64,000 bases of DNA from contig CBDCTZ010000005.1 of NCBI GenBank assembly GCA_965222375.1, positions 352,001 through 416,000 of the forward strand, given 5' to 3'. Position numbers and translations under genes: made by a program. This document shows, one piece after another, positions 1 through 9,160 of the stretch. The notes below the pieces were generated by a model, which was given only the letters and a program-made list of their open reading frames with translations, was not told the DNA's origin and ran no database searches. Every line of letters begins with the position of its first letter. Position 1 is the stretch's first letter. The stretch is from Polyangiaceae bacterium (lineage in GTDB: Bacteria > Myxococcota_A > Polyangia > Polyangiales > Polyangiaceae).

Positions 1-764
1 GGCACACTCGATCGTTTCACGGGACGCATCTTGGCGTGAAAGGTCACCGCCGGCGAAATGAACTCCGTATGCGAGCTACCTACTGTCGCGATGACAGCAC
101 AGCCTCGTTCGGCAAGCCGCCGGAGCTCCAATGCCACCGCCGCGACTCGGCCCGCCAGGCTCGAGTTTGCCGCAGCGGCCTGAACTGGATCGCCGCCGCA
201 GTGAGCGGAAAAGGCCTGGAGCCCATCCACGACGAGCACGACGCGCTCGTGGCGATCCCACAGCTCGCCCGCCGCGCGCCGCAATTCCTGGGTACTCTCG
301 AAGGGGTCGGCTTTGTGCAGATGCAGGTGAGTGCCAACCTTTTTGGCTACCGTGTCGACCGCCATGGTGACCAGGTTGCGAGTAGCCGCGTACTGCCACG
401 GCTCTCCGGACCAGATTTCGCCGTAGGTGGTGACAGCGTCGGGCTCTTCACGGTGCAGGGCGCGCGACGCCAACCGGGCAACGACCTCCGTCTCGTCGAG
501 GACGGCACTCGCGAAGATGACGGCCGCTTTCGAACGAGCGGCCATGTAGGCGAGGTTCAACGAAAACGCGGTCTTGCCGATGCCCGACGCTCCCGTGATC
601 CCAAACATCATCCCGGTGCGCAGTCCGCCACCGAGCATGCGGTCCAGGCTCGGCAGCGCCGTGGGGCTTGCGGGCGTCAGAGCACCCAAGCGTGTGGTCA
701 CGTCCACCTGCATGCTGGCAAGGGAACGCGGTGGGCGTCGCGGCGGACCTTCGGACTGGCTCAC
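1..764 (-). CDS. Stand-alone DnaB-C/RecA-fold (RAD55/KaiC-like) P-loop ATPase, runs off the window edge
   Basis: Not in the ORF track. Manual translation from GTG at 764: MSQSEG...LPSLDRMLGGGLRTGMMFGITGASGIGKTAFSLNLA (Walker A)...VVLVVDGLQ (Walker B). Open to position 1. Confidence 0.8.
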   Translation of the reverse strand, partial: MSQSEGPPRRPPRSLASMQVDVTTRLGALTPASPTALPSLDRMLGGGLRTGMMFGITGASGIGKTAFSLNLAYMAARSKAAVIFASAVLDETEVVARLASRALHREEPDAVTTYGEIWSGEPWQYAATRNLVTMAVDTVAKKVGTHLHLHKADPFESTQELRRAAGELWDRHERVVLVVDGLQAFSAHCGGDPVQAAAANSSLAGRVAAVALELRRLAERGCAVIATVGSSHTEFISPAVTFHAKMRPVKRSSV

Positions 765-778
765 GGCACCAGACTACC

Positions 779-2110
779 TCAACTACCGGCGGACGGCGTT
801 GGCTTTCCGCGACGGCTATACAGAACCGCGAGCAAGTCGCTGCGAGTCACGATCCCGACGAGGCGCCCAGCCGCTAGCACCGGCAGTCGCCCCACATCGC
901 GCTTCTGCATCAGCACTAGGGCTTCGTCCAGGCTCGCGTCCGGGCCGATGGTCACCAGGTTGTGCGACATACAACTTGCCGCGGGCCGGTCGAGACGCCC
1001 GTCGGTCTGGGCACGGCTCAGATCCCGTCGCGACAGCATGCCCACGAGCTTGCCCTCTCGCATGACCGGTGCGCCGACGTGGACCCAGGCGGTCAAGCTA
1101 GCCGCGACTTCTGTTAGCGGTGTGTGCACGTCGACGGCGTGCACAGGGCTGCTCATGACTTCAGCCACCCGGGTGGGTTGTGGCGGGTTTTCTTGTAGCC
1201 ACTGCTGCGCTTGTTGGATGACGTCATCCGCGCGCCGTTCTTTCAGCGCGGCACTGGCCGCCGCGGCGTGGCCTCCGCCGCCGAACTGCTTGAGGCAGCG
1301 CGCAACGTCGATGAGTGGGGTTTTTGAGCGCGCCACGACGTGCACGCGGTCCTTGCTGTGACCGACCGCCAACAGCACCGCAGCTGCCCCGGTCAAACTC
1401 AACAACGTACTGACGACTTCGGCCTGACCATCAACAGCACGCTCGGTCTCCACTGCGGCGAAGGCGACGGGAAGGTGACCTACGCTGACCGGAGAAATCA
1501 CGGCAAGGGCGGACTGCAACAAGTCCGATTGATCCGCGGAGAAGGGTTGACGCAGGTAGCGGCGCAGAACGGGCATCTGCACCCCACACTCCATGAGCCA
1601 AGCCAGGGCTCGAGCGTCCCGTGCGGTACTGACCGCGAAGGTCAGCGAGCCCGTGTCAGCGTGGATCCCCAACGCAAATAGCGTCGCCTCGACGCTGTCC
1701 ACGGATGCATCCCCGCTGCGCATCCGCTCCACCATCAGCGTCGTCGCCGAGCCCACGGGTTCAACTATCTCCTCATCGCCGACCAGGTCGTCGTCGGTTG
1801 CGGGGTGGTGGTCGAAGATGATGACGGCTACGTCCTCTCCACGATCCCGCCGTTCGAAAATCGCCTCGAAGTCCTTGAGTCGGCTACGTACGCGGACATC
1901 GACGATAATCACGGCTTTGACGGCAGCCAGATCGAGATCCGCTAGGCGAACGGTTGGGAAGTGGTCCTTGTGCAAGGACAGGTAACCGCCAACCTCCACG
2001 CCCACCCGCCCTGCAAGGACGATCTGGGCTCCTGGGTACAGCTTCTGTGCCGCAATGGCCGAAGCCAGGGCATCGAAGTCGGCAAGATCGTGGGTAATGA
2101 CAATTCGCAC
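779..2110 (-). CDS. DHH-DHHA1 phosphoesterase with C-terminal CBS pair
   Basis: Motifs THDLADFDALAS, IIVD, IFDHH, GIHADTGS, GGGGHAAAAS, then two CBS repeats. Start set at GTG 2110 (VRIVITH). Confidence 0.9.
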   Translation of the reverse strand: MRIVITHDLADFDALASAIAAQKLYPGAQIVLAGRVGVEVGGYLSLHKDHFPTVRLADLDLAAVKAVIIVDVRVRSRLKDFEAIFERRDRGEDVAVIIFDHHPATDDDLVGDEEIVEPVGSATTLMVERMRSGDASVDSVEATLFALGIHADTGSLTFAVSTARDARALAWLMECGVQMPVLRRYLRQPFSADQSDLLQSALAVISPVSVGHLPVAFAAVETERAVDGQAEVVSTLLSLTGAAAVLLAVGHSKDRVHVVARSKTPLIDVARCLKQFGGGGHAAAASAALKERRADDVIQQAQQWLQENPPQPTRVAEVMSSPVHAVDVHTPLTEVAASLTAWVHVGAPVMREGKLVGMLSRRDLSRAQTDGRLDRPAASCMSHNLVTIGPDASLDEALVLMQKRDVGRLPVLAAGRLVGIVTRSDLLAVLYSRRGKPTPSAGS

Positions 2111-2195
2111 GAATTTCGTCTCCGAACCCGCGGGCGCTGTAGCGTATCTTGTCCGGGGGCGGGGGCGAATACCTTTGCCAGCTCCGCCGTGGACG

Positions 2196-2597
2196 ATGCC
2201 ATACAGACAAGCGACCGACCCGAGGCAGCTGGCCGAAGAGCGCGCGCACGTGGCCGCTGAGCGCGAGGCCGAGACGCGCATCACCGAGGCGGGGGCAGCC
2301 CAGGGCGTCACCCGTGCGACAGAATCGCTGGACCGCGCGCGAAAGCGCGTGGGCGACGCGGTTCGACGCCTACGGCAGCTGGGCGCCGAAGCAGCGACCG
2401 CAGGCACGCAAGCTGATCCCACTCAGGTGGCAGCGCTGACCGAGGAGCGCTCGGAGGGCGAGGCGGAAGTACTCGAGGCGTCTCGCAGCCTCGACTTGGC
2501 TCGGCTCGCTCTTGCCGCCGCCCGACGCCGCGTCGTGCTCGCGCGAAGGGAGCACAGCGCAGCGCTGAGCGAACTGGCACGCCTGAGCAGCGGGTAG
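2196..2597 (+). CDS. Small coiled-coil hypothetical protein
   Basis: ATG 2196. Ala/Glu/Arg-rich helical sequence filling the gap between its neighbours. Confidence 0.6.
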   Translation: MPYRQATDPRQLAEERAHVAAEREAETRITEAGAAQGVTRATESLDRARKRVGDAVRRLRQLGAEAATAGTQADPTQVAALTEERSEGEAEVLEASRSLDLARLALAAARRRVVLARREHSAALSELARLSSG

Positions 2598-2607
2598 CCC
2601 AGGAGCC

Positions 2608-4029
2608 CTATTTCTTGGTAACCCGTAGCGCTAGTTCCGCACCGAAGCCGCTGGGGGTCGAGAAGGTCACCTCCCCAGCTGCCACACTGACTCCGGCCTG
2701 GCTCTGGGACTTGCCCGTCGCCGGTTCAAACCACTGCAAGTCGTAGGTACCTGCGGTCATTCCTTTGAGGCCAAGATCGCCCTGGGCGTTCGCGGCGTAG
2801 ACAACGTAGCTGCTGCCCGGGTCAGCCAGCACGTATTGGGTTGCGCCAGCGGCGAGTTCGTCATGCACGGACAGATCGCTCAGCGGCGCCGCCTCCATGA
2901 AGTTTCGTAGACGTCCGCAGTCCTCCAGATCGGCCACAGGAGTGGACGCGATGTCCATGCCGAGGATCATCACGTAGGCGCCGCCCATGGCGGTAGCCCA
3001 GCTCTTCTGCCGCGCCGTCGCACCGCTGCCGTAGTTCGCAGCTTCGCTCATGTTCAGGTTGTATTTGCCGGCGGCTGTCTTGAATGCCTGCACCATGCCG
3101 CTGTGAAGCTGAGCGGCGCTGTTCTGATTGTACTGGATAGTGAATTGGTCGATGTTCGGGTCGTTGGGGAAGTCGAAGTCGAGCCCACCAAGCTGATGCA
3201 CACCGATGACGTGCTTGCGATCGTCTGCGGCACGGATGGTCGCAGCGATGGCCGAAGCCCGCGCCTTGGAATAACGCTCCGAGTACTCTTCTCCGACTAC
3301 CCAGACCAAGTGGTCGTATTTCTCGAAGCGGTTCACCAGATCTTCGACAAACTTCTTCTCTGCGGCGCCGACTCCATCTCCGGTGTTCCAGATTCGAGCG
3401 CTGTCGTCATAAAAGAAGAAGTAGATGACGATGCCCGCCTTATCCATGGCGGAAAACCACGTCTCCCACTGTTTGAGAATGTCCTGGTCCAGCCCCTTGG
3501 TCGGGTCCGAATCCACGAATGGGTTTTCCGTGGGGCCGCCATCACCGCCATGGGAGCGAACCGCCATCAGGTAGATTCCATTTGCCCCGGTCGGCGCCAA
3601 CTTGGAGATCAGAGTGGCTTGGTCGCCGGTTCTCGTGCCGTCTGGGTTTCGCGTTCCACGATAGAGAAAGCCCTCGGGATCTCCGGGCGCGCACAAGAAA
3701 TGCGAGCCCGCTCCTTGGTAGCGGAGCCAAGCGGGGTTGTTGGAATCAACCTGGATCAAGCCGCTGCCGCCGCCGCCGATCCCACCGCTACCGGAGCCGC
3801 CGCCGCTGCCGCTCGCTCCACCGGCGTTGCCACCGCTGCCCGCGTTGCCACCCGTACTCGTGCCCGCACCGCCGCCGCTACCGGCGCCGCCGCCGGTCGA
3901 GGCGCCACCAGATGATGCTCCGCCGGACGAAGTCCCCCCGGATCCAGATGGCCCGGAGGCGGAGTCGTCTCCACCACAGGCTACGAGAATGAGCGAAACC
4001 AGGCCCACGGCAATGTGACGCAACTGCAT
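2608..4029 (-). CDS. Lipoprotein: Gly/Ser linker, clan-A glycoside hydrolase-like (DUF4038-type) barrel, C-terminal beta domain
   Basis: Lipobox LVAC; long G/S linker; WVVGEEY and NMSE candidate acid residues; C-terminal YDLQWFEPATG typical of the putative collagen-binding accessory domain. Confidence 0.7.
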   Translation of the reverse strand: MQLRHIAVGLVSLILVACGGDDSASGPSGSGGTSSGGASSGGASTGGGAGSGGGAGTSTGGNAGSGGNAGGASGSGGGSGSGGIGGGGSGLIQVDSNNPAWLRYQGAGSHFLCAPGDPEGFLYRGTRNPDGTRTGDQATLISKLAPTGANGIYLMAVRSHGGDGGPTENPFVDSDPTKGLDQDILKQWETWFSAMDKAGIVIYFFFYDDSARIWNTGDGVGAAEKKFVEDLVNRFEKYDHLVWVVGEEYSERYSKARASAIAATIRAADDRKHVIGVHQLGGLDFDFPNDPNIDQFTIQYNQNSAAQLHSGMVQAFKTAAGKYNLNMSEAANYGSGATARQKSWATAMGGAYVMILGMDIASTPVADLEDCGRLRNFMEAAPLSDLSVHDELAAGATQYVLADPGSSYVVYAANAQGDLGLKGMTAGTYDLQWFEPATGKSQSQAGVSVAAGEVTFSTPSGFGAELALRVTKK

Positions 4030-4077
4030 GCCGACAAGACTACGCCCCGACAGGGCGACTGTCATGCACGCTGGCGC

Positions 4078-7000
4078 TCAGCTTGGGAGGGTTGCCGCGT
4101 AGTCTCGCAAGGCCCGCGGGCGCAGGAGCAATCCCTGCGCCGAACGCGTGAATCCGCGGCTCAGAAGCGCCGCGCCGAGTTGGCTTTCTGCAGCAGCCGC
4201 GCCATCGATGCGCTCGATCAGCATGCTCTTTCTGCCCTGGGCCAGGTCCCGGAGTGCGCCCGCTGCGGCGCGCAGGGCGACGCCGCGCTCGGGTTCGTTT
4301 TCTGGCAGGAAGCTCAGCACGCTCTTGTGTCCGCGCCCAAGGTAGAGCACCAGCCGACCATCGAGCAGTACGACCTGGGCTCCGGCGCAACGCATGGGTC
4401 GCTCCGGATGCGGCGGAAAGGCGAGCACGCCGCCGTAGGGATTCGCGGGATCCGTCGCTGCCAGGACGATCGGCGCCGCCTGCTCCCCTTCCCCGCGCAA
4501 GGCGCGTAGTCGGTCCTCTGCGCCAGGTCGTGCAAACTGCGTCGCGCCCAGGCCCGCAACGAAGTACCCACGTCGCGCCCGACCCGCTTCTTCCATGGCC
4601 TTCAGCACCGGATACAGCGAACTGAACCCGCCGCTGACCCCCTCGGAGCGCGCGGCCTCGCGAGGCAGTACACCCCATCGCTCCAACAGCGCGCTGCACA
4701 ACGCCGTTCGCCGCTCGGTCTCGTTGGCAGCGAGTGCCGGCAGCAGCACCCAGCGGCCCTCACTGCCTGGCAAGGTTTCCCGCCGGGAACGCCGCAAGCG
4801 CAGCCTCGAGCGTCGATCCTCTTTCGGACCGCGGAGCCGCGAGCGCAGCGCCTCGAGGCTGTCATTGCTGAGCTCTCCGGCCCAGACCATGTCCCACAGA
4901 GTTTCGAGTACCTCCGGAGCGAAGGCGCTCAGGGCGGCCAGGATGTCCTCGAAGAACAGCGCACCGCGCTGCTGCAACAACTCACGCACCCGGGCGGCCA
5001 GAGGCGTTGGAGCTGGCTCCACCGGGGGCGCGAGCAAGTCGTAGTGCTCCTTAGGGTAGAGCGCGATGCGGCCGTCGGAGGGCCCTAAGGGCTCGAGGCC
5101 TCGCCACAGCAACTCGCCTCGCGCGAACATCACGTCCAGCTCCGAGGGCGTGAAGCCAGCCACGCGCGCTGGGAGGATCCGGCGCTCGAGCTCGCTCGCC
5201 ACCAGGGGCGCTCCCTGCAGGCCGTCCAAGGCCCGATGTAGCCCATCGCGACTGGCATCCGGCGACGCAACGCCGTGCCATTCGCAGACAAAGCGCGCGT
5301 ACACCTCGGGCTCGACTGGCTCCACTTGTTTGCGCAGTCGGGACAGAGACTTGTTCTTGATCTGCCGCAGCACAGCAGTGCTGCACCACTCCCGCCCCAC
5401 GCCGTTGGGCAAGAACTCACCTTCCACCACGCGACCATCCGCCGCCAGCGCCTGCAGTGCGGCCAGCACCGGAGCCGTGCCGAGCCCGAGCCAAGAAGCG
5501 AGTTCTCCCAGGCTGAAGGGGCCGTGGGTGCGGGCGTAGCGGCTCACCAGATCTCCCAGAGGATCCGCAACCGCATCGGTGAACACCCGGGGGATGCCCA
5601 TGGGCAATGCAACCCCCAGGGCATCTCGAAGCCTACCGGCGTCCTCCATGGCGGCAATGCGTTCGGCTTGACCCAGCTTGCAGCGCAACGCGCGGCGCTC
5701 GACCAAAAGTTGTTCGACGAAGCCAGCGGTGTCGATCCCCTCGGGAGCGCGCACTTGGATCTCTGCAGCCGTCAGCGGCCCCAGCGCCAACAGCAGGTCA
5801 TGCACTCCGTCTGCGTCCTTGGCCGCAGCGTAGTGGAGGCGTCCCACGCTGGCGGCGACGCTCTCGATGACCTCGGGGTCGAATAGCTCTCGCAGCTCCG
5901 CTTCGCCGAGCAACTCTCGCAGCTGCGCCTGATCGAGAACCAGGGCCTGCGCACGACGCTCGGCCAACGGGGCATCGCCTTCGTACATGAAGTTGGCCAC
6001 GTAGCCGAAGAGTAAGTTTCGAGAGTAGGCCGAAGGACGATGGGTGTCGACGCCCGTGACTCTCACGTTGCGCCCCTGAACTCGCTCCAGAAGCGACACG
6101 AGGGCGGGCAGATCGAATACGTCCCGCAGGCACTCGCGATAGGTTTCGAGCAGGACCGGGAAGGACCCGTAGCGGGACGCGACCCGCAGAAGATCCGCAG
6201 AGCGCTTGCGCTGCGCCCACAGCGGGCTGCGCTTGCCTGGGAAGCGCTTGGGCAGCAGCAGCGCGCGCCCAGCGTTCTCGCGAAACCGCGCCGCGAACAG
6301 AGCGCTGTCACCCAAGCTACCCACCACCAAGCTCTCGACCTCGTCGGGGCTTGGCACGAACAGCTCCACGGGCGGCGGCTCATCGGCTTCCGGGAATCGG
6401 AACACCATGCCGTCGTCACTCCAGACCGACTCGACTTCCAACGACATCTCGCTACGGGCACGGGCTGAAACCGCGAGCGCCCACGGTGCGTGTACCCGCG
6501 CACCATAAGGGCTGTGCAAGCACACCCGAAAGTCCCCGATCTCGTCGACGAAGCGCTCCACTACGATCTCGCGATCCGACGGCACGACTCCGGTGTCCCC
6601 GGCCTGCTCTGCGAGCAGCGCGAGTAAGTTGTCGGCGGCCCGCGCATCGAAACCGTGCTCGCTGCCGAGGCGGGCACGCGCGGCCTCCGGAGCGTCACCG
6701 ACCAAACTACGCGCCAGCGCGCCCACGGCCTCGCCGAACTCTGCGGAACGACCGATCCGATCGCCATGCCAGAACGGCATTCGCCCTGGTTCGCCGGGGG
6801 CGGGGGTCACCACGACTCGATCGTGGGTGATGTCCTCGATGCGCCAAGAGGAGGCGCCCAAGACGAACACTTCGCCGGGACGCGATTCGAACACCATCTC
6901 TTCGTCGAGTTCACCGACGCGGACGTTTCGCTCGGGATCGGAAATGAACACGCCGTACAGTCCCCGATCCGGGATGGTGCCGGCGTTGACGACCGCCAAG

Positions 7001-8511
7001 CGCTTGGCCCCGCGCCGGGCGCGAACCTTTCCGCCCACCCGGTCCCAGGTCAGCCGTGGGCGCAGCTCGGCGAACTCGTCCGATGGGTAGCGCCCGGACA
7101 GCATATCCAGCACTCCGTCGAAACTCTCTCGGGGCAGTTCGGCAAAGGGGGCGGCTTGGCGCACCAAGTCGTAGAGGTCGTCGGTGCGGATCTCGTCCAT
7201 GGCGGCGACGGCGACGATTTGCTGAGCCAGTACGTCGAGGGGGTTGCGCGGGAAGCGCGTGGCTTCGATCTGGGCGCTGCTCATCCGCTTCACGACGGCG
7301 GCGGTGGCCAATAGATCCCCGCGATGCTTCGGTAGCAGCACGCCCTTGGAAGCCTGCCCCACCGAGTGCCCGGCGCGTCCGACACGCTGCATGCCGCTCG
7401 ACACACTCGGTGGCGACTCGATTTGGATCACCAGATCCACCGCGCCCATATCAATCCCGAGCTCGAGAGAGGACGTCGCAACAATCGCCGGCAGGCTCCC
7501 GGACTTGAGGCGATCTTCGATCACCGCTCGGCGTTCCTTGGAGACACTGCCGTGGTGCGCCAGAGCGATCTCTTCTTCTGCGACCTCGTTGATCTGGGCG
7601 GCCAAGCGCTCCGAGAGCCGACGGCTGTTCACGAAGACCATGGTCGAGCGGTGGGCTCGGATCTGTTCGACCAGGCGTGGGTAGATCGAGGGCCAGATGC
7701 TTCGCTCGGCTGCGCCGGGTCCCGTCTCGTCATCGCCAACCGCCGTCATGTCGTCGACGGTGACTTCCACGGAAAGCTCGAGGCTCTTGTGGGCTCCGCA
7801 ATCGATGATCGTGACTGGCCGCGGCACCAGCCGGTCCGCCTCAGGCTCCGCGCCGCCCAAGAGCCGAGCAATTTCGTCGAGGGGCCGCTGGGTCGCCGAA
7901 AGCCCGACGCGTTGCAAGGGTGGCCGCCCTGCCCTGAGTGTCTCCAGTCTCTCCAGTGACAGAAATAGATGCGCGCCGCGCTTGGTGCCAGAGAGCGAAT
8001 GGATTTCGTCGACGATGACCGTGTCCACGTGCACCAGGCGCTCCCGGGCCTCACTGGTCAAGAGCAGGAACAAGCTCTCGGGAGTCGTGATCAAGATGTC
8101 AGAGGGTGCGCGTGCGAAGCGGCTGCGCTCCTTGGCGGGGGTATCGCCGGTGCGCATGGCGACCTGCACCTCGCGGCAAGGCTGACCCGATGATTGTGCG
8201 GCCCGCGCGATGCCCGTGATCGGGCTGCGCAGATTTCGATCCACATCGTTGGCCAGTGCCTTGAGGGGAGACACATAAAGCACGCGCAAGCGCTGTTCCT
8301 TTTTCGGCTCCGGGCTGAACGCTAACCGATCGAGAGCGGCCAGAAAGGCAGCCAGCGTCTTACCCGAACCCGTGGGCGCGAGGAGCAGCGCGCTCTGTCC
8401 ATCGCGGATGGCGGGCCAGCCCTTCTGCTGCACCTCCGTGGGATTGCCCAGAGCGCTCGCGAACCAGTTTCGAACCGGCTGGTTGAATCCTCGCAGCGCG
8501 TCCCTGGGCAT
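4078..8511 (-). CDS. lhr: Lhr-family ATP-dependent helicase, long form
   Basis: APTGSGKT, TTPESL, DEIH, LSAT, HHGS, QRVGRAGH; long C-terminal extension with ATDPANPYG. Confidence 0.93.
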   Translation of the reverse strand: MPRDALRGFNQPVRNWFASALGNPTEVQQKGWPAIRDGQSALLLAPTGSGKTLAAFLAALDRLAFSPEPKKEQRLRVLYVSPLKALANDVDRNLRSPITGIARAAQSSGQPCREVQVAMRTGDTPAKERSRFARAPSDILITTPESLFLLLTSEARERLVHVDTVIVDEIHSLSGTKRGAHLFLSLERLETLRAGRPPLQRVGLSATQRPLDEIARLLGGAEPEADRLVPRPVTIIDCGAHKSLELSVEVTVDDMTAVGDDETGPGAAERSIWPSIYPRLVEQIRAHRSTMVFVNSRRLSERLAAQINEVAEEEIALAHHGSVSKERRAVIEDRLKSGSLPAIVATSSLELGIDMGAVDLVIQIESPPSVSSGMQRVGRAGHSVGQASKGVLLPKHRGDLLATAAVVKRMSSAQIEATRFPRNPLDVLAQQIVAVAAMDEIRTDDLYDLVRQAAPFAELPRESFDGVLDMLSGRYPSDEFAELRPRLTWDRVGGKVRARRGAKRLAVVNAGTIPDRGLYGVFISDPERNVRVGELDEEMVFESRPGEVFVLGASSWRIEDITHDRVVVTPAPGEPGRMPFWHGDRIGRSAEFGEAVGALARSLVGDAPEAARARLGSEHGFDARAADNLLALLAEQAGDTGVVPSDREIVVERFVDEIGDFRVCLHSPYGARVHAPWALAVSARARSEMSLEVESVWSDDGMVFRFPEADEPPPVELFVPSPDEVESLVVGSLGDSALFAARFRENAGRALLLPKRFPGKRSPLWAQRKRSADLLRVASRYGSFPVLLETYRECLRDVFDLPALVSLLERVQGRNVRVTGVDTHRPSAYSRNLLFGYVANFMYEGDAPLAERRAQALVLDQAQLRELLGEAELRELFDPEVIESVAASVGRLHYAAAKDADGVHDLLLALGPLTAAEIQVRAPEGIDTAGFVEQLLVERRALRCKLGQAERIAAMEDAGRLRDALGVALPMGIPRVFTDAVADPLGDLVSRYARTHGPFSLGELASWLGLGTAPVLAALQALAADGRVVEGEFLPNGVGREWCSTAVLRQIKNKSLSRLRKQVEPVEPEVYARFVCEWHGVASPDASRDGLHRALDGLQGAPLVASELERRILPARVAGFTPSELDVMFARGELLWRGLEPLGPSDGRIALYPKEHYDLLAPPVEPAPTPLAARVRELLQQRGALFFEDILAALSAFAPEVLETLWDMVWAGELSNDSLEALRSRLRGPKEDRRSRLRLRRSRRETLPGSEGRWVLLPALAANETERRTALCSALLERWGVLPREAARSEGVSGGFSSLYPVLKAMEEAGRARRGYFVAGLGATQFARPGAEDRLRALRGEGEQAAPIVLAATDPANPYGGVLAFPPHPERPMRCAGAQVVLLDGRLVLYLGRGHKSVLSFLPENEPERGVALRAAAGALRDLAQGRKSMLIERIDGAAAAESQLGAALLSRGFTRSAQGLLLRPRALRDYAATLPS

Positions 8512-8656
8512 CCGGGCAGTATAAGGCGCCGGGCGCTGGCGTCAGCCGCGCTGTGCGAGCCCGGGGCTAACCCCTGAAAACGGCTTCACAAAAGGACGCA
8601 GAGCCGACGCGCGGCCACCAGCCGCGTGCTTTTGCGCGGCTATTGGGGCCGAGGGG

Positions 8657-8986
8657 CTAACGCAGGTGGATTTCGAAGGGATCGTCGACAATCACGCGAT
8701 CGCCCTCGACCCGCACCTGAAACGTGCGCTGGTCGTCGCACAGGCCTTTGGGTGCCACCAAGGCACCTGTGGCCAGCTGGAAGATGTAGCCGTGCATGGG
8801 GCAGGAAATGCAGTCGTCTCGCACGCTGCCGTCCGACAGGCTGGCGCCAGCGTGGTTGCAGGCATCCTCGATCGCAAATACTTCGCCAGCTGTAAACACG
8901 ACGCAAACGTCGAAAGGCGGATACGGCATCCGCATGCGGCCCGCCGCCTTCAGCTCTTTCAAGGAAACTTCACCGACGCGTTTCAC
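8657..8986 (-). CDS. Rieske [2Fe-2S] ferredoxin
   Basis: CNHAG...CPMHG ligand pair. Confidence 0.9.
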   Translation of the reverse strand: MKRVGEVSLKELKAAGRMRMPYPPFDVCVVFTAGEVFAIEDACNHAGASLSDGSVRDDCISCPMHGYIFQLATGALVAPKGLCDDQRTFQVRVEGDRVIVDDPFEIHLR

Positions 8987-9160
8987 TGGGAGCAGCAGCC
9001 TACGACACCGAGCGTCGCTTCACGAAAACTCTGGCTGTTTGACGACCCAGTGGTCCGACCTCGGCTCAGCCGAAGCGGACGTGGGGCCGGATAGCCCGGA
9101 TTGCCCAACGGAGCTGCCAGTGGCAAGCTGCCACGCGCCACCGTGCCGAAGTGCTCCGAG

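Noticed and set aside
36..1361. 441-aa plus-strand ORF and many similar long antisense ORFs (e.g. 33957-35636, 9101-10435, 62372-63475)
   Set aside because: Shadow ORFs of high-GC genes on the opposite strand; no motifs of their own.
3760..3965. Repeat array or CRISPR-like pattern
   Set aside because: Low-complexity Gly/Ser linker codons; no repeat-spacer structure here or elsewhere in the window.
8610..8633. Hairpin plus T-run between lhr and the Rieske gene
   Set aside because: Short stem, and the T-run is on the plus strand where no gene ends.
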